A stretch of DNA of 64,000 nt from Eledone cirrhosa (lineage: Eukaryota): contig OZ024740.1 in NCBI GenBank assembly GCA_964016885.1, forward strand, positions 329,096,001 to 329,160,000, read 5' to 3'. The translations under genes and the position numbers were made by a program. This document shows positions 47,665-59,578 of the stretch, piece after piece (the stretch's first letter is position 1; the number at the start of each line of letters is the position of its first letter). The notes beneath the pieces are model-generated. The model had not been told where the DNA came from. It did not search any database and saw only the letters and a list, made by a program, of their open reading frames with translations.

Positions 47665-50600
47665 ATGGCCGTACTTAGAATAGGCAGTATAAATGTACGT
47701 GGCCTGGGGTCATCTTGGGTCATCACAGCCTCAGGTCACTAAACATAGATGTGGTGGCCATCAGCGAGACCAGAATCTCCGAAGCCCGAGCCTTCGCATC
47801 GATCTTCGGCGGCTACGATATGTACGCATCTCCCAGCCGTCCAGGGTCGAGGGAAGGGTTGCCGTGCTTTTTCGGAGAGGCTTCGATCTCGCCATACGGG
47901 CCATCTTCTTGGACCCAGAAGGTAAGTTGGTGGTGCTGGACGTCACCGGCAGCGAAGGCAATGCCAACAGGGGCAGGACATCCAGATTTCTTCAGACGTC
48001 TAGAGACCTTTCTTGGAACGTCCCGCTCTTTAGTGTTAGTGGGCGACTGGAACGGTATCTTAGATGCACGCTGGGATTATGTGGGGCTAGTAGACAGGGC
48101 AGGAGGGCGTAAAAGCCTCAACAACCTGCTCAGACGTTTTGAACTGTCTGACAGGTATAGACTGGATTATACGAATGTGCCAATGTGAACATGGGCAAAC
48201 CGCATCAGGTCATCCGGATCGTATTTAGATAAGGTAATCTGTAGGGAAACAGATAAGGCTAGTGTAGGTTGTCCACAATTTAAAGTAGTCGACTACACGG
48301 ACCACAAATTTGTGATCTGTGAAGTTGACTTAGATAGACTCCATAGGCAAGGGCTACTGGAAGCTGAACACGTCGTTCCCGGCGCGCAAAGCTTACAGAG
48401 ACCGGATTAGTGAATTAGTTAAGCGTGCGTTGACGGGTGCGATCGTCCACAACAGGTTGTGGTTTACCCTGACAAGGGCGATTAGAGTAGAATCGATAAG
48501 GTTTAGCCAAGGAATAGTGATAGAGGAAAATTGAGTAGAGGCAGAGTTAGTTAGAAAGATAGAAGAGGTGTTTAGGACAGGCATCGCAACCGACCTGCTT
48601 GCGGTGAGATTGGCACTCGACCAATTCTTCAACGCAAAGCATGAAGGCTGCATTGTCAGAGATGGAGCGCGTGCTCTAATACACGAGGGAACGAAAGCCG
48701 TTCAATGGGCCCCGGTGGTGGAGGCGCGATCTGGCAACAAGTCCACAATTCGGTCTTTGCCTGATCAAAACGGGCGCAGGTTGCTCGAACCCGAGCAGAT
48801 GTGTGCGGCTTTTCAACAGCACTTTGCTTAATTGTTCGTGAGCGGCGGCGAACCGGATCAGAGTATGGACTTCGGTGCATACCTCGACGGACTTCCGCGG
48901 CTCTCGACGACCGCAGCGCAGTGCTGCGAAAAGCCGATACAGCAAGTGAAATACGGGAAGCGATGTCTGACTGCACGAGTGGTAAATCCCCAGGTTTGGA
49001 TGGTCTGCCCTACGAGCTTTATGCGTATATACCAAAGTTGTTCGGCGACATCTTGGTAGATGTCTACTGCAACTGGCAGCAGAACGGGAGCATTCCTAGA
49101 TTTGTGAGCCCGGGAGCGGTGGTGCTGCTGAGAAAAGACCCGAACACGGGGGACGTTATAGACAACTTCAGGCCCATAACTCTGCTAAACGCAGAGTCTA
49201 AGATTTAGGCCATGGTGTTAGCAAAGAGATTGACGCTTGTCGTCGGTGATCTTGTGGGAGAGGCTCAGACATGCGCCATCCCGGACATATCCATCCACGA
49301 CAACCTCAATCGCATGCGATACATCATAGAGAGGTGGTTAAGGAACCTGGCAAGGGTGTGGCCCTGATCAAGTTGGATCAATCTAAAGCATTTGATAGGA
49401 TCGACCATCGGTGCCTGGCTGCGGTCCTAGAGGCGGCCGGCTTCGGGCCCGTTTTTAGGGGCTGGATCCCTGCGATGCAGAGCTACATCTGCTCGATTGT
49501 GAGGGTGAATGGTCACCTGTCGCAGCCTTTCGGCATCTTGCGCTCGGTCCGCCTGGGTTTCCCCCTCTCGTCCCTCTTGTATGTACTGGCCCTAGAACCG
49601 TTACTACACAAATTGGAGACGATGAGGGGGTCCCACGCGAACTGAGATGCGGGAGATCGGCGTCAGCTTACGCCGACGACGTCACCGTAGTGGTGTCGAG
49701 CACCAAACACGTCAAGATGCTCGGCACTGCTCTCAAGGAATACGAAGCTGTGACAGGAGCAAAGATAAACCAGGAAAAGTCGGTGGGCTTGCAACTCGGC
49801 ACCTGGAGAGGCAAGTCTATGCCGTCCGAAAGCATTGTAGGGGTTGGGCGGAAGGACCGGTTAAATTGCTCGGGGTCTGGTTCGGTCCGGACCTCCAGAT
49901 GGAGAAACACTGGAGCGAGGTGACGAACAGGGTGGCCTCTCTCACCCAGAAATAGACCGAGAGGAAGCTGTCTCTGAAAGATCGGGCGGAGGTGGCGAAT
50001 GCGTACATAGCGTCCGTCATCTGCTACCGCATGACCGCCGTACCTTGCCCCAGCCTAACTCTGACCAAAATGAAACGCCTTCTCTTTCGCTTTTTGTGGA
50101 AGGGACGTGCTTCCATGGTCAGACGATCCATTTGCTGTCAACACCCGTTGCGTGGAGGACTAGGCATGCTGCGGCTGATGAAAGAGCAAACATGCGCTGA
50201 GGCTGCGACATCTCTGGTGCTTTCTTGACGGTGAACAGGTGTGGTCGCCGTTTGACAGACGCGCTTTTCTCCAGCTTATCTCCTTGATGGAGCTGCATCC
50301 TTGATCAGGAAAAGACCCAGGGATTGCGCTTGGAATCTGGAAAGTCTCCCAGCGCTCACCGCACTCTACCAGCTGCGCACTAGTATCAGTGAAACATCCA
50401 CCTCGGTATTCTATAGAGGGCTAGTGGAGGGAAAGTGCGACGACGTTCTCGGGGAGATCCTGGGCATCGAAGACGATCAGCTGTTCGCTTTCTTCAAGAG
50501 AACTTTCAGACCGGGGCCTATGGACAACTTCCAGAATTCCTTGGCCGAGCAGTGCTACCGGAGAGCATTGCCTGTTCGGGATAAGCTCTACAGGCACGGA

Positions 50601-51038
50601 GGTACTGTCAGCCGAGACTGTCCGAGATTCACGCAGGGCGACGAAACCATCCTGCACGCACTCATTCAGTGCCCGAGGATTGCTGACTTGTGGAGCTATG
50701 TCGAACAGCTGCAGTCGCGTGTAGCATGGATCCGGTTATCGACTGAGTCCATTGTGCAGATAGACCCGCCATCCTCCTTTAAACAGGAGGAAGGGCAGGA
50801 AGTTTTCATCTGCTTGGTGGCCATGGCGAAAGAGATTGTGTGGTGGACAAGATTGAAAGTGTTGAAGACAGACACTTTCCTCTCCGGCCAATCCCTGATT
50901 AACTTTTTCAAGTTTCACTTGAAGAGGAAAATCAGGGTGGAGAGGCAAGTGCTGTCTTCTAGTAAGTTTGTTGAAAGGTGGGTGAAAGTGGCGAGTCTGG
51001 TCCGAGTGAACGGGCCCGCTCTGAGTATATGCTTGTAG
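47665..51038 (+). pseudogene. Tx1 copy C ORF2 (APE, RT, zinc finger), interrupted
   Basis: SETR, GDWN, KSPGLDGLPYE, NFRPITLLN, DQSKAFDR, YADD (49670-49681), ETILHALIQC. Confidence 0.9.
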
Positions 51039-51300
51039 ACTGAGGAGTGTGAAAAGTGAGAGAGGGCGCTTGCTCTGGTGGTCAGTGTGACGGTGGTCTT
51101 TTGTGTGGTTTTCACCGCGAATGACCCTCGGAGGTTTACCCTTCTTGGAGAATTTTTGTCGTTTGGATTTTTGGGGATTTCTAGCCCGATTTTGTCATAA
51201 CCTGTTTACACGACCAAAACCCCCTTTGTATCGTCATGTACTGTGCTGTGCTGTCTCTAATGTTTTTCTTCGTGTCAGCCTATGTGGGCAATAAAGAAAC

Positions 51301-51512
51301 CCAGGGTCACCGTGGCTTATTAATGGGCTTTCTCCACAATGGCCCTTGGCAGTCTCACCCCTATTGGGGAATTTTTCATTGTTCTTTTTTTTTTGTTACA
51401 TCCTGTTTTGCGTTTATTTTACACGCAGAAATGTCCATTTGTACCGTCCTGTATTGTCCAGTACTGCCTTAATGTCTACTTTGTGTAAACACTTGTGGTT
51501 AATAAAGAAAGC
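51301..51512 (+). mobile_element. Isolated B/D-type Tx1 3'UTR fragment
   Basis: Matches 57222-57428 and the 3' end of copy B. Followed by (ATT)7. Confidence 0.85.
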
Positions 51513-51745
51513 ATTATTATTATTATTATTATTGGCGACCTACGTAGGAAATCGTATTATCGTGAGCTCCGCAAAGGTTTGTTGTTTTCAGTTGTTTCAA
51601 ATTGCCATTTGAAAATTTTTTGTTGTTAACTGTTTATAAGTTCACATATATTGCTTTTTGAAAAGGACACTCAAAAAGATTGTGGTCTTGAGCCCCAAAT
51701 TTAAACTTTTATAATTATGAAACAAAACATTTCTTTGAAAAAATC

Positions 51746-53743
51746 ATGCACGACTCACAGCTACACCAAGTAGCTGAGAGCCTTCCTCACAAACTAACAC
51801 CTCACACCAACACCACCATTGTAAATATTACTACGTTTTCCAACACTAAAAATATAAGCAGTAGCAATAATTTAAATATGTCTCATGAAGACATTCATTT
51901 CCCGCCATTACCAATAACTGCAGGTGTTAAAGCCGCCACCCCACCAGCATCACAGCGACAACAGAAACAATAGAAAAAAATAAATTATTATCTCGTGACA
52001 TCGAAATGGATTCACCCAGAATCGACTCTTTCACACCGAACACCACTGACGCCTCCACCACCACAACTGAAACTAAAAATAACAATAACAACAACAGCAA
52101 CAACAACAATGAGATTAACAGCAAAAACATCAACACCACCGCAAATGTGTCGTTTGCCAAAGCAGCCAAGAAATGCGAAACAATCGAGGTAACTCAGGAG
52201 GAATTAAATGAAGCCAAGAGAATGGTAAAGAAATATGGGTACAGGGTCAGCCTCACCCAACCTAATAGAATGGAGCATCGGCGCCTATGCATCGTGTCTT
52301 ATCGGACGATTAACACAACATCGCGCCGAGTGGAACGAGCATCCGAGTCCCAAACCTAATAAAATGGAGCATCGGCACCTATGCACCGTGTCTTATCGGA
52401 CGATTAACACAAAATCGCGCCGAATGGAACGGGCATCCGAGTCCCAAATCCAAAAAGCTTTGGGACAGGTTTGGGTGAAGAAAATCACACATCAGACGTG
52501 GGCAGAAATATGGAACCGTGGACGTGTTCTTTGGAACCCCACAGGAGGCCAGAGAGCACTCCATGACCCCATTAAGAGGCGACGACTTCACACTCGTCAC
52601 AAGCTATTGTGGCCAGAGACCCGTGAAGATCATGTGACCCACGTTCCACCGGCCATCGATATTCCCTGGCTAATGGCTGCCGTCCTCGCCGGCATCGAGG
52701 CCAACACCAAAATAATTGAAATATCAAAAGAAAAGCAGGAGAACTGGTCCGGATATGGGATGGAGCTCCTGATCCAAGCGGACCAAAAAAGCATTGAGGA
52801 AATCCCAGAGGTAATAGACCTCACTGACGGCAGTCACCTCGCCGTAATCGTCGAGGGTAGAAGACCTAGGTGTGTCGTTTGTGGTGAAGGAACCCACCTA
52901 AAGGCTTCTTGCCCACACGTGACTCAACCATCAACACGACCAGCAGCAGAAATGGCAGCAACAACAGAAGCAACTCTAGCAGCAACAACCCCAGCAACAG
53001 TAGCAAAACCAACACCACCACCACCCACCGCGCCAGGACTAGCACCAACGCCTCCACCATCCACCACGCCACAACCAAAACCAACGCCTGTGGACGATTT
53101 TCCACTCCCCGACCTATCGCAACTGAAGACAGATTGTGACGACGAGTAGTGGGAAACGGTATCAGGAAATAAGAAAAAAAGAAAAAGAAACCCCAACAGG
53201 AAAAATTCTCTTCCTTCCGCCTCCAAAAACAAAATACAGAGGGAAACAAATAAACTATCAAACAAAAAACTTAGGACAGCTATGCCACCATCCACACCAG
53301 CATCACCAACCCCATCACCACAAACACCAACACCATCACCATCATTAACCCAAACACCACCATCACCAACACCACAACAGTCATCAAAAAGCGAAACAGA
53401 AACAAACCCACAACAAACGCAAACAAAACAAAACAACCAAAACGATAGACACTACACAGCATTAAATTTGAACAACAACCAATTATTACACTACATCCAA
53501 CACAACACCAGCATCATAGAAAAAGACTACACAACAACCCAAAAGTTCACACCACCTCCACACATACAAATCACTCGCATCACACAGAAAACCTACAAGA
53601 CACTAAAACAAACATTCCCCAAAGACATCGGAGACTTTCGACAAGCACTCTCCAGGAGGATTTATAAGGACATCCTTCCAGAGGAGGCCACAAGCAGTGA
53701 AAAGGATGGAGGAACCATCCTTCCTCTACGAGAAGTAAGGTAT
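51746..53743 (+). pseudogene. Tx1 copy D ORF1 (knuckle CVVCGEGTHLKASC), interrupted; contains a 94-bp tandem duplication (52261-52448)
   Basis: ORF fragments 51746-53149 and 53282 onward. HLCTVSYRTIN..RASESQ is duplicated. Confidence 0.78.
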
Positions 53744-53777
53744 GTGGTCTTTCCAATCTTTTCCACTCCATTTCAAC

Positions 53778-56700
53778 ATCTCCTCACTCAGAATAGGCAG
53801 CATGAATGCGCGTGGCTTGGGATCGTCATGGAAGAAGGGGCAACTGCTCAACGACCTCAGGTCACTAAACATAGATGTAGTGACCATCAGCGAGACCTGA
53901 ATCTCCGAAGCACGGGCCATCGCCCGATCTTCGGCGGCTACGATGTGTGCTCATCTCCCAGCCGTCCTGGATCGGGGGGAGGAGTTGCTGTGCTTTTCCG
54001 GAGAGGTTTGGATCTCGCCATACGGGCCATCTTCCTGGACTCAGAAGGTAAGTTGGTGGTGCTGGACGTGACCAGCGGAGACGGCGAAGCTTTCAGGCTA
54101 GTGGCCGTCTATGCCCCGACAGGAGCAGGACGGCCTGAATTCTTCCGGCGCCTGAAGCCCTTTCTTGGAACGTCCCGCTCTTTAGTGTTAGTGGGCGACT
54201 GGAACGGGATCTTAGATGCACGCTGGGACTGTGTGGGATGAGCGGATACGGGAGGAGGGTGCAAGAGCCTCACCAACCTGCTCAGGCGTTTTGAACTGTC
54301 TGACAGTTACCGATTGGATTTCTCGAATGTGCAATGTGGACTTGGACAAACCGCATAAGTTCATCCAGATCATATCTAGATAGAGTATTTTGTAGGGAAA
54401 TAGATAGGTCTAGCATAGGCTGTCCACAATTCAAGATAGTCAGCTACACGGACCACACATTCGTGATCTGTGTGCTTGACTTAGATAAGCTTCATAGACG
54501 AGGACCCGGCTACTGGAAGCTAAACGTGTCCTTACCAGTGCCCAAGGCCTACAGGGACCAGATTAGCGAACTAGTTAAGCGGGTGTTGACGGGGCCATCG
54601 TCAACAACAAGTGGTGGTTTGCTCTGAAAAGAGCGGTTAGAATAAAGTCCATTAGGTTTAGTAAGGCTTTAGCAACAGAGAAAAATAGAGCAGAGGGAGA
54701 ACTAGTTAGAAAATTAGGCAAGGCGCTTAGGAAAGGCATCGCGACCGAAGTACTTGCGGCGAAATTGACCCTTGACCAATTCTTCAATGCAAAGAACGAA
54801 GGCTGCGTTGTTAGAGCTAGGGTGGGTGCTCTCAGACACGAGGGGACGAAAGCCGTTCAATGGGCCCGAGTGGCGGAGGCGCGAGTGGCAACAAAGCCAC
54901 GATCCGGTCTTTGGTGGACCACGACGGGCGCATGCTACTCGATCCCTGGCAAATGTGTGAAGCTTTTTAGCGACACTTCGCTCAGCTGTTCGGAAGCAGC
55001 GGCGGGCCGGATCGAGGGATGGAATTTAGTGTCTACCTCGACGGACTGCCGCGGCTCTCGCCCACTGAGGCGGAGTGTTGCGAAAAGCCCATAACAGCCG
55101 CTGAAGTACGGGAGGCAATGACTGGCTGCACAAGGGGTAAATGGCATGGTTTGGATGGTCTTCCCTATTAACTTTAGGTACAGATGTCAGACTTGTTCCG
55201 AGGCCTCTTGGCGGACGTCTACTTCAACTGGCAACAGAACGGGAGAATTCCCAGCTCTGTGAGCCGAGGAGCGGTGGTGCTGCTGAGAACGGATCCGAAC
55301 AAGGATGATAACATAGATAATTTCAGACCCATAACTCTGCTAAACACAGAGTTCAAGATTTTGGCCAAGGTGCTAGCAAAGAGATTGGCGCATGTCGTTG
55401 GTGGCCTGGTGGGAGAGGCGCAGACATGCGCCATTCCCAACAGATCCACCCACGACAACCTACACCTCATGCGATACATCGTAGAGAGGGTAGCTAGGGA
55501 ACCTGGCACGGGTGGGTCCTTGATCAATTTAGATCAGTCGAAAGCTTTCGATAGGGTCGACCATCGTTACCTAGCGGCAGTTCTGAGGGCGGCTGGCTTT
55601 GGGCCCGTCTTCAGAGGCTGGATCGCTGCCATGCACAGCGACGTCTGCTCTGTGGTGAGAGTGAACCGTTCAACATCATGCGCTCGGACCACCAAGGATG
55701 TCCCCTCTTGTCCCTCTTGTACGTATTGACTTTCGAGCCATTACCCGCACAAACTGGAGACGTTGAGGGGGGTCCCGCGCGAACTAGGATGCGGAAGATC
55801 CGTGTCAGCATATGCGGACGATGTCACCGTAGTGGTGTCGAACGCCAAACTCATCGAGGCGATCGACACTATACTAAGAAAATAGGAAGAGGTGAGAGGA
55901 GCAATGATCAACCAGGAAAAGTCAGTGGGCCTGCAGCTCGGCACCTGGAGAGACAGGTCCATGCCGTCCAACAGCGTCGTCGGGCACTGGACGGACGGAC
56001 CCGTTAAACTGCTAGGGGTCTGGTTCGATCAGGACCTCCAGACGGATAAAAAATGGGACGAGGTAACGAGCAGGGTGGCTTCTTTCATCCAGAAATGTGC
56101 GGAGAGGAAGCTATCCCTGAAAGGTCGAGCGGAAGTGGCTAACGCGTACATCGCGTCCGTCATCTACTACCGCCTGATCGTCGATACCTTGTCCTAAGCC
56201 CCGCCTGACTGCGCTGGAGCGTTTGCTCTTTAGCTTTTTGTGAAAGGCACGCGCTCCGATAGTCAGGCGGTCCATGTGCTGTCAACACACGCTACATGGA
56301 GGGCTGGGCATGCCGTGGCTGATGATGCGCAGACACGCGCTCAGGTTACGACATCTCCACCTCTTCCTCGACGGTGATCAGGTGTGGTCGACGTTTTCTA
56401 GACGCGTATTTCCTCTGCTCGTCTCCTTGACGGAGCTGCAGTCCTGGGTCAAGTGAAGACCGAGAGGGAGCGGTTGGAGACTGGATTGTCTTCAGGCGCT
56501 CACAGCGCTCGACCAATCGGGCAATGTGATCGGTGAAAACTCCACCTTGGCGTTCTATAGAGGATTAGTGGAGGGGAAGAGGGACGACGTACTTGGGGAA
56601 ACTCTAGGCGTCGACGAAAATCAACTAGCCAATCTCTTCGGAAGAACTTTCGGGCTGGGGCCTATGAACAAGTTCCAGAAATCCCAGGCCTGGCAGTGCT

Positions 56701-57179
56701 ACCGAGGAGATTTGCCAGTTCGGGATAAACTCTACAGGCATGGAGTTGCCGTCAGCTAGGCATGTCCGAGATGCGCGCAGGGCGACGAAACCATCCTGCA
56801 CGCACTCGTCCAGTGTCCGAACATTGCTGACTTGTGGGTTTATGTCGAACACCTGCTGTCGCGTGTAGGACGCATCCACCTATCAGCTAGGTCCATCGTG
56901 AGGATTACCCCACCCTCTTCCTTTAGCCGGGAAGGGCAGGAAGTTTTTATCTGTCTGGTGGCCATGGCGAAAGAGATAGTATGGTGGACATGTTTGAAAG
57001 GGCTGAAGACGAGCACTTACCTCTTCGGTGATGCCCTGATTAACTTTTTCAAATTTCATTTGAAAATGAAAATCAGAGTAGAGAGGGAAGTGCTCTCTTC
57101 TCAGCATTTTGTTGAAAGATAGGTGAGAGAGGCAAGAATGGCCCGAATGAATGGGCCTACTCTGTGTATGTGTCTGTAA
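53778..57179 (+). pseudogene. Tx1 copy D ORF2 (APE, RT, zinc finger), interrupted; start ATG appears mutated to ATC
   Basis: VYAPTG, GDWN, TDH, NFRPITLLNTEFKILAK, DQSKAFDRVDH, YADD, ETILHALVQC. Confidence 0.9.
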
Positions 57180-57619
57180 ATTAAAGGTGGAAAACTGGGA
57201 GAGGGCACTTGCCCTGGTGATCAGGGTCACTGTGGCTTTTTAATGGGCTTTCTCCACGAATGTCCCTCGGAAGTCTCCCCCGTATTGGGGAATTTTTCAT
57301 TGTTATTTTTTGTTACATCCTCTGTTTTTGTTTTTTACACGCAGAAATGCCCATTTGTACCGTACTGTATTGTCCTGTACTGTCCTTAATGTCTACTTTA
57401 TGTAAACCCTTGTGGTTAATAAAGAATGTATTATTATTATTATTATTATTATTATTGGTCTAATCGGACGTATTTTGCTCGCTCCCAGTAAGTCGCTTTA
57501 TTTGCCTGTTAAAATTATTTGTTGTTAAATATTTCTTGTTGTGTAAGGGATATAAGCCCTTAGACTTTGCCCTGTTAAGAGGAAAGCATAATATTTGGGC
57601 CTTACGGAGAAAAAAAAAC

Positions 57620-59546
57620 ATGGCTGAGCCACGCCCCCCAGCGACATGTCTGCTGTCGTGCGACAACGACGTAGAAGTTGAGAGGAGCGCTACAGCGAAA
57701 TTAACACAAATTGATAACACAAACACCACCATAAACAATGTAAACAAAGACACCAATGATACCAATGAGAACTCTAATTTTGAAAAAAATGACAGTAAGA
57801 GCGACAACGAAATTACAGATAACAAAAAAAAATAACAAATGCAACAACAATATCAACACCACTAACATGAAAACAAATAGCGACAACACCAACAGCAACA
57901 ATACCAACTGCACCGAGAACAACGGTGGCAACAAAGACAACAATGATAGCAGCGACAGTGATAACAGCAACACCAATAAGAACAACGACAACGACAACCC
58001 TAACGAAAACAAAAAGAACACTTTCGCTGGGGCAGCAGCAAAAAAGAGACCATGCTACTACATGGACCTCTCAAACAAAGATGAAAAGTTGGCCCAGGCA
58101 TGGAAGCTCATCAAGCAAGTGCAAACCTGGGCCAACTTAACTGTCTCGGTAGAAGCTGTTGAGGCAGTGGAGCGAAGAATGGTGCATTATAGATGCATTT
58201 CAGCACAAACCATAAGGGCAACTTTAATCCCACAAGAAGATGTCGAAGTCGCGCTGAGGTGCATCAGAGAGGACACCGAACACATAGAGAGGGGAAGACA
58301 GTACGGCACCATTTCGGTGTTGTTCAAGTCAGAAGTCCTCGCTATGAAACACGCTATGACTCCTTGCAAAACCAGCAAGGTCATAATGTAACCCTCCCAC
58401 ATGGGGAAAAAGTACGGCCCGTCTCCGCATTCCCAGAATCCCACCAGGACTTGACATGTAGTGGATTCTGGGATGTGTGATTGTATCCGTCCCCTCCACA
58501 ATCCCTATAGAAGTGACCAGAACGGCCAGAGAGGACTGGTCCGGGGTTGACCTGGAGATCCTTCTCCAGATCAAGCCCGGACCATATCCGCTTTCTGAAT
58601 GGGACGGTCATTCACATTATGACCGAAGGCAAAAGGCCTCAGTGTTTTGTTTGTGGGGGAAAAAACCCATTTGCGAGCCTTCTGCCCTCAACTGCTGAAA
58701 AAGGCAAGTGGTCGAAAGGCCCCACTGCTGCCGACGCCGGGGCGAGGACCACAACCAACACCAACACCGGCAAAACCACCAACAACATTGACCACCCAGG
58801 TGGGGAAATGAGGAAAGCTGTCAAATTCCCCCTCCCCACAAAAATACACATACCAATAAAACCATAAACATACATACAGACACACTTACAGACACAGACT
58901 CCTCATCGACCAGTAGTGAAGAGGAGGGAAAACCAAAATCCCCCAAAATACAAAAAAGGAAACACAAAAAGAAAAGAAAATCTCAACAAAGCACACAATC
59001 ACCCCCAATAAAAAACGCAGACATCACTCACGCAAACATCTCTCCAATAACACCAAACGCAACACCACCATCACCATCACCCCCAAACGCAAACAACCGA
59101 AACAGACGCAAGAACAAATATACACACAAACTTCTGAAACCACAGACACCGCACTCACAACAGACACAGACACAACCGAAACAACACCACCAAAACCATC
59201 ACCACCACAGCCACGCAAACAAATAAAATCACACCAACAAATCATACAAAACTTCGTGCTCGTCAGGAGGGCCAACAAGGAACTGATGGCCCTCGTAGCA
59301 CGAAGTAAAAATATACAAAAAGAGGGGGAACACTTTAAATCGATCACATTTCGCGTGCCGGAAGATTTAGTTCTGGTGCGATTGTCGATCGATGTATTCA
59401 AAGAAATACGAGACAGCTTTCCTCGGGATGTGGGAACCCCGAACGTAAAACCAACTTCAAGACTTCTAAAGGTGTTCCCAAAAGAAACCCCACCAACTAT
59501 GGAGGTCGAACATCCCGACCTTCACAAGAGCCCGGAAGGTAAGTAA
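57620..59546 (+). pseudogene. Tx1 copy E ORF1, frameshifted
   Basis: MAEPRPPATC..., GRQYGTISVLF, GKRPQCFVCG, ends ...HKSPEGK*. Confidence 0.8.
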
Positions 59547-59578
59547 ACCTTTCCTCTCTCTCTTTTTAACCTGCCAAC

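Larger units (their letters stand above)
45444..51300 (+). mobile_element. Full-length L1/Tx1-clade LINE, copy C (mosaic, inactivated)
   Basis: Preceded by TTATTATTAT. A/E-type 5'UTR, ORF1, ORF2 and a distinct 3'UTR ending GTGGGCAATAAAGAAAC. Confidence 0.93.
51534..57428 (+). mobile_element. Full-length L1/Tx1-clade LINE, copy D (inactivated)
   Basis: Between (TTA)n tracts at 51513-51533 and 57429-57456. Unique 5'UTR and ORF1 N-terminus; ORF2 and 3'UTR closely match copy B. Confidence 0.93.

Noticed and set aside
53282-54241. 319-aa ORF suggesting a natural ORF1-ORF2 fusion in copy D
   Set aside because: Explained by a TAA>TAT change and compensating frameshifts in a decayed copy. The other copies keep a stop.
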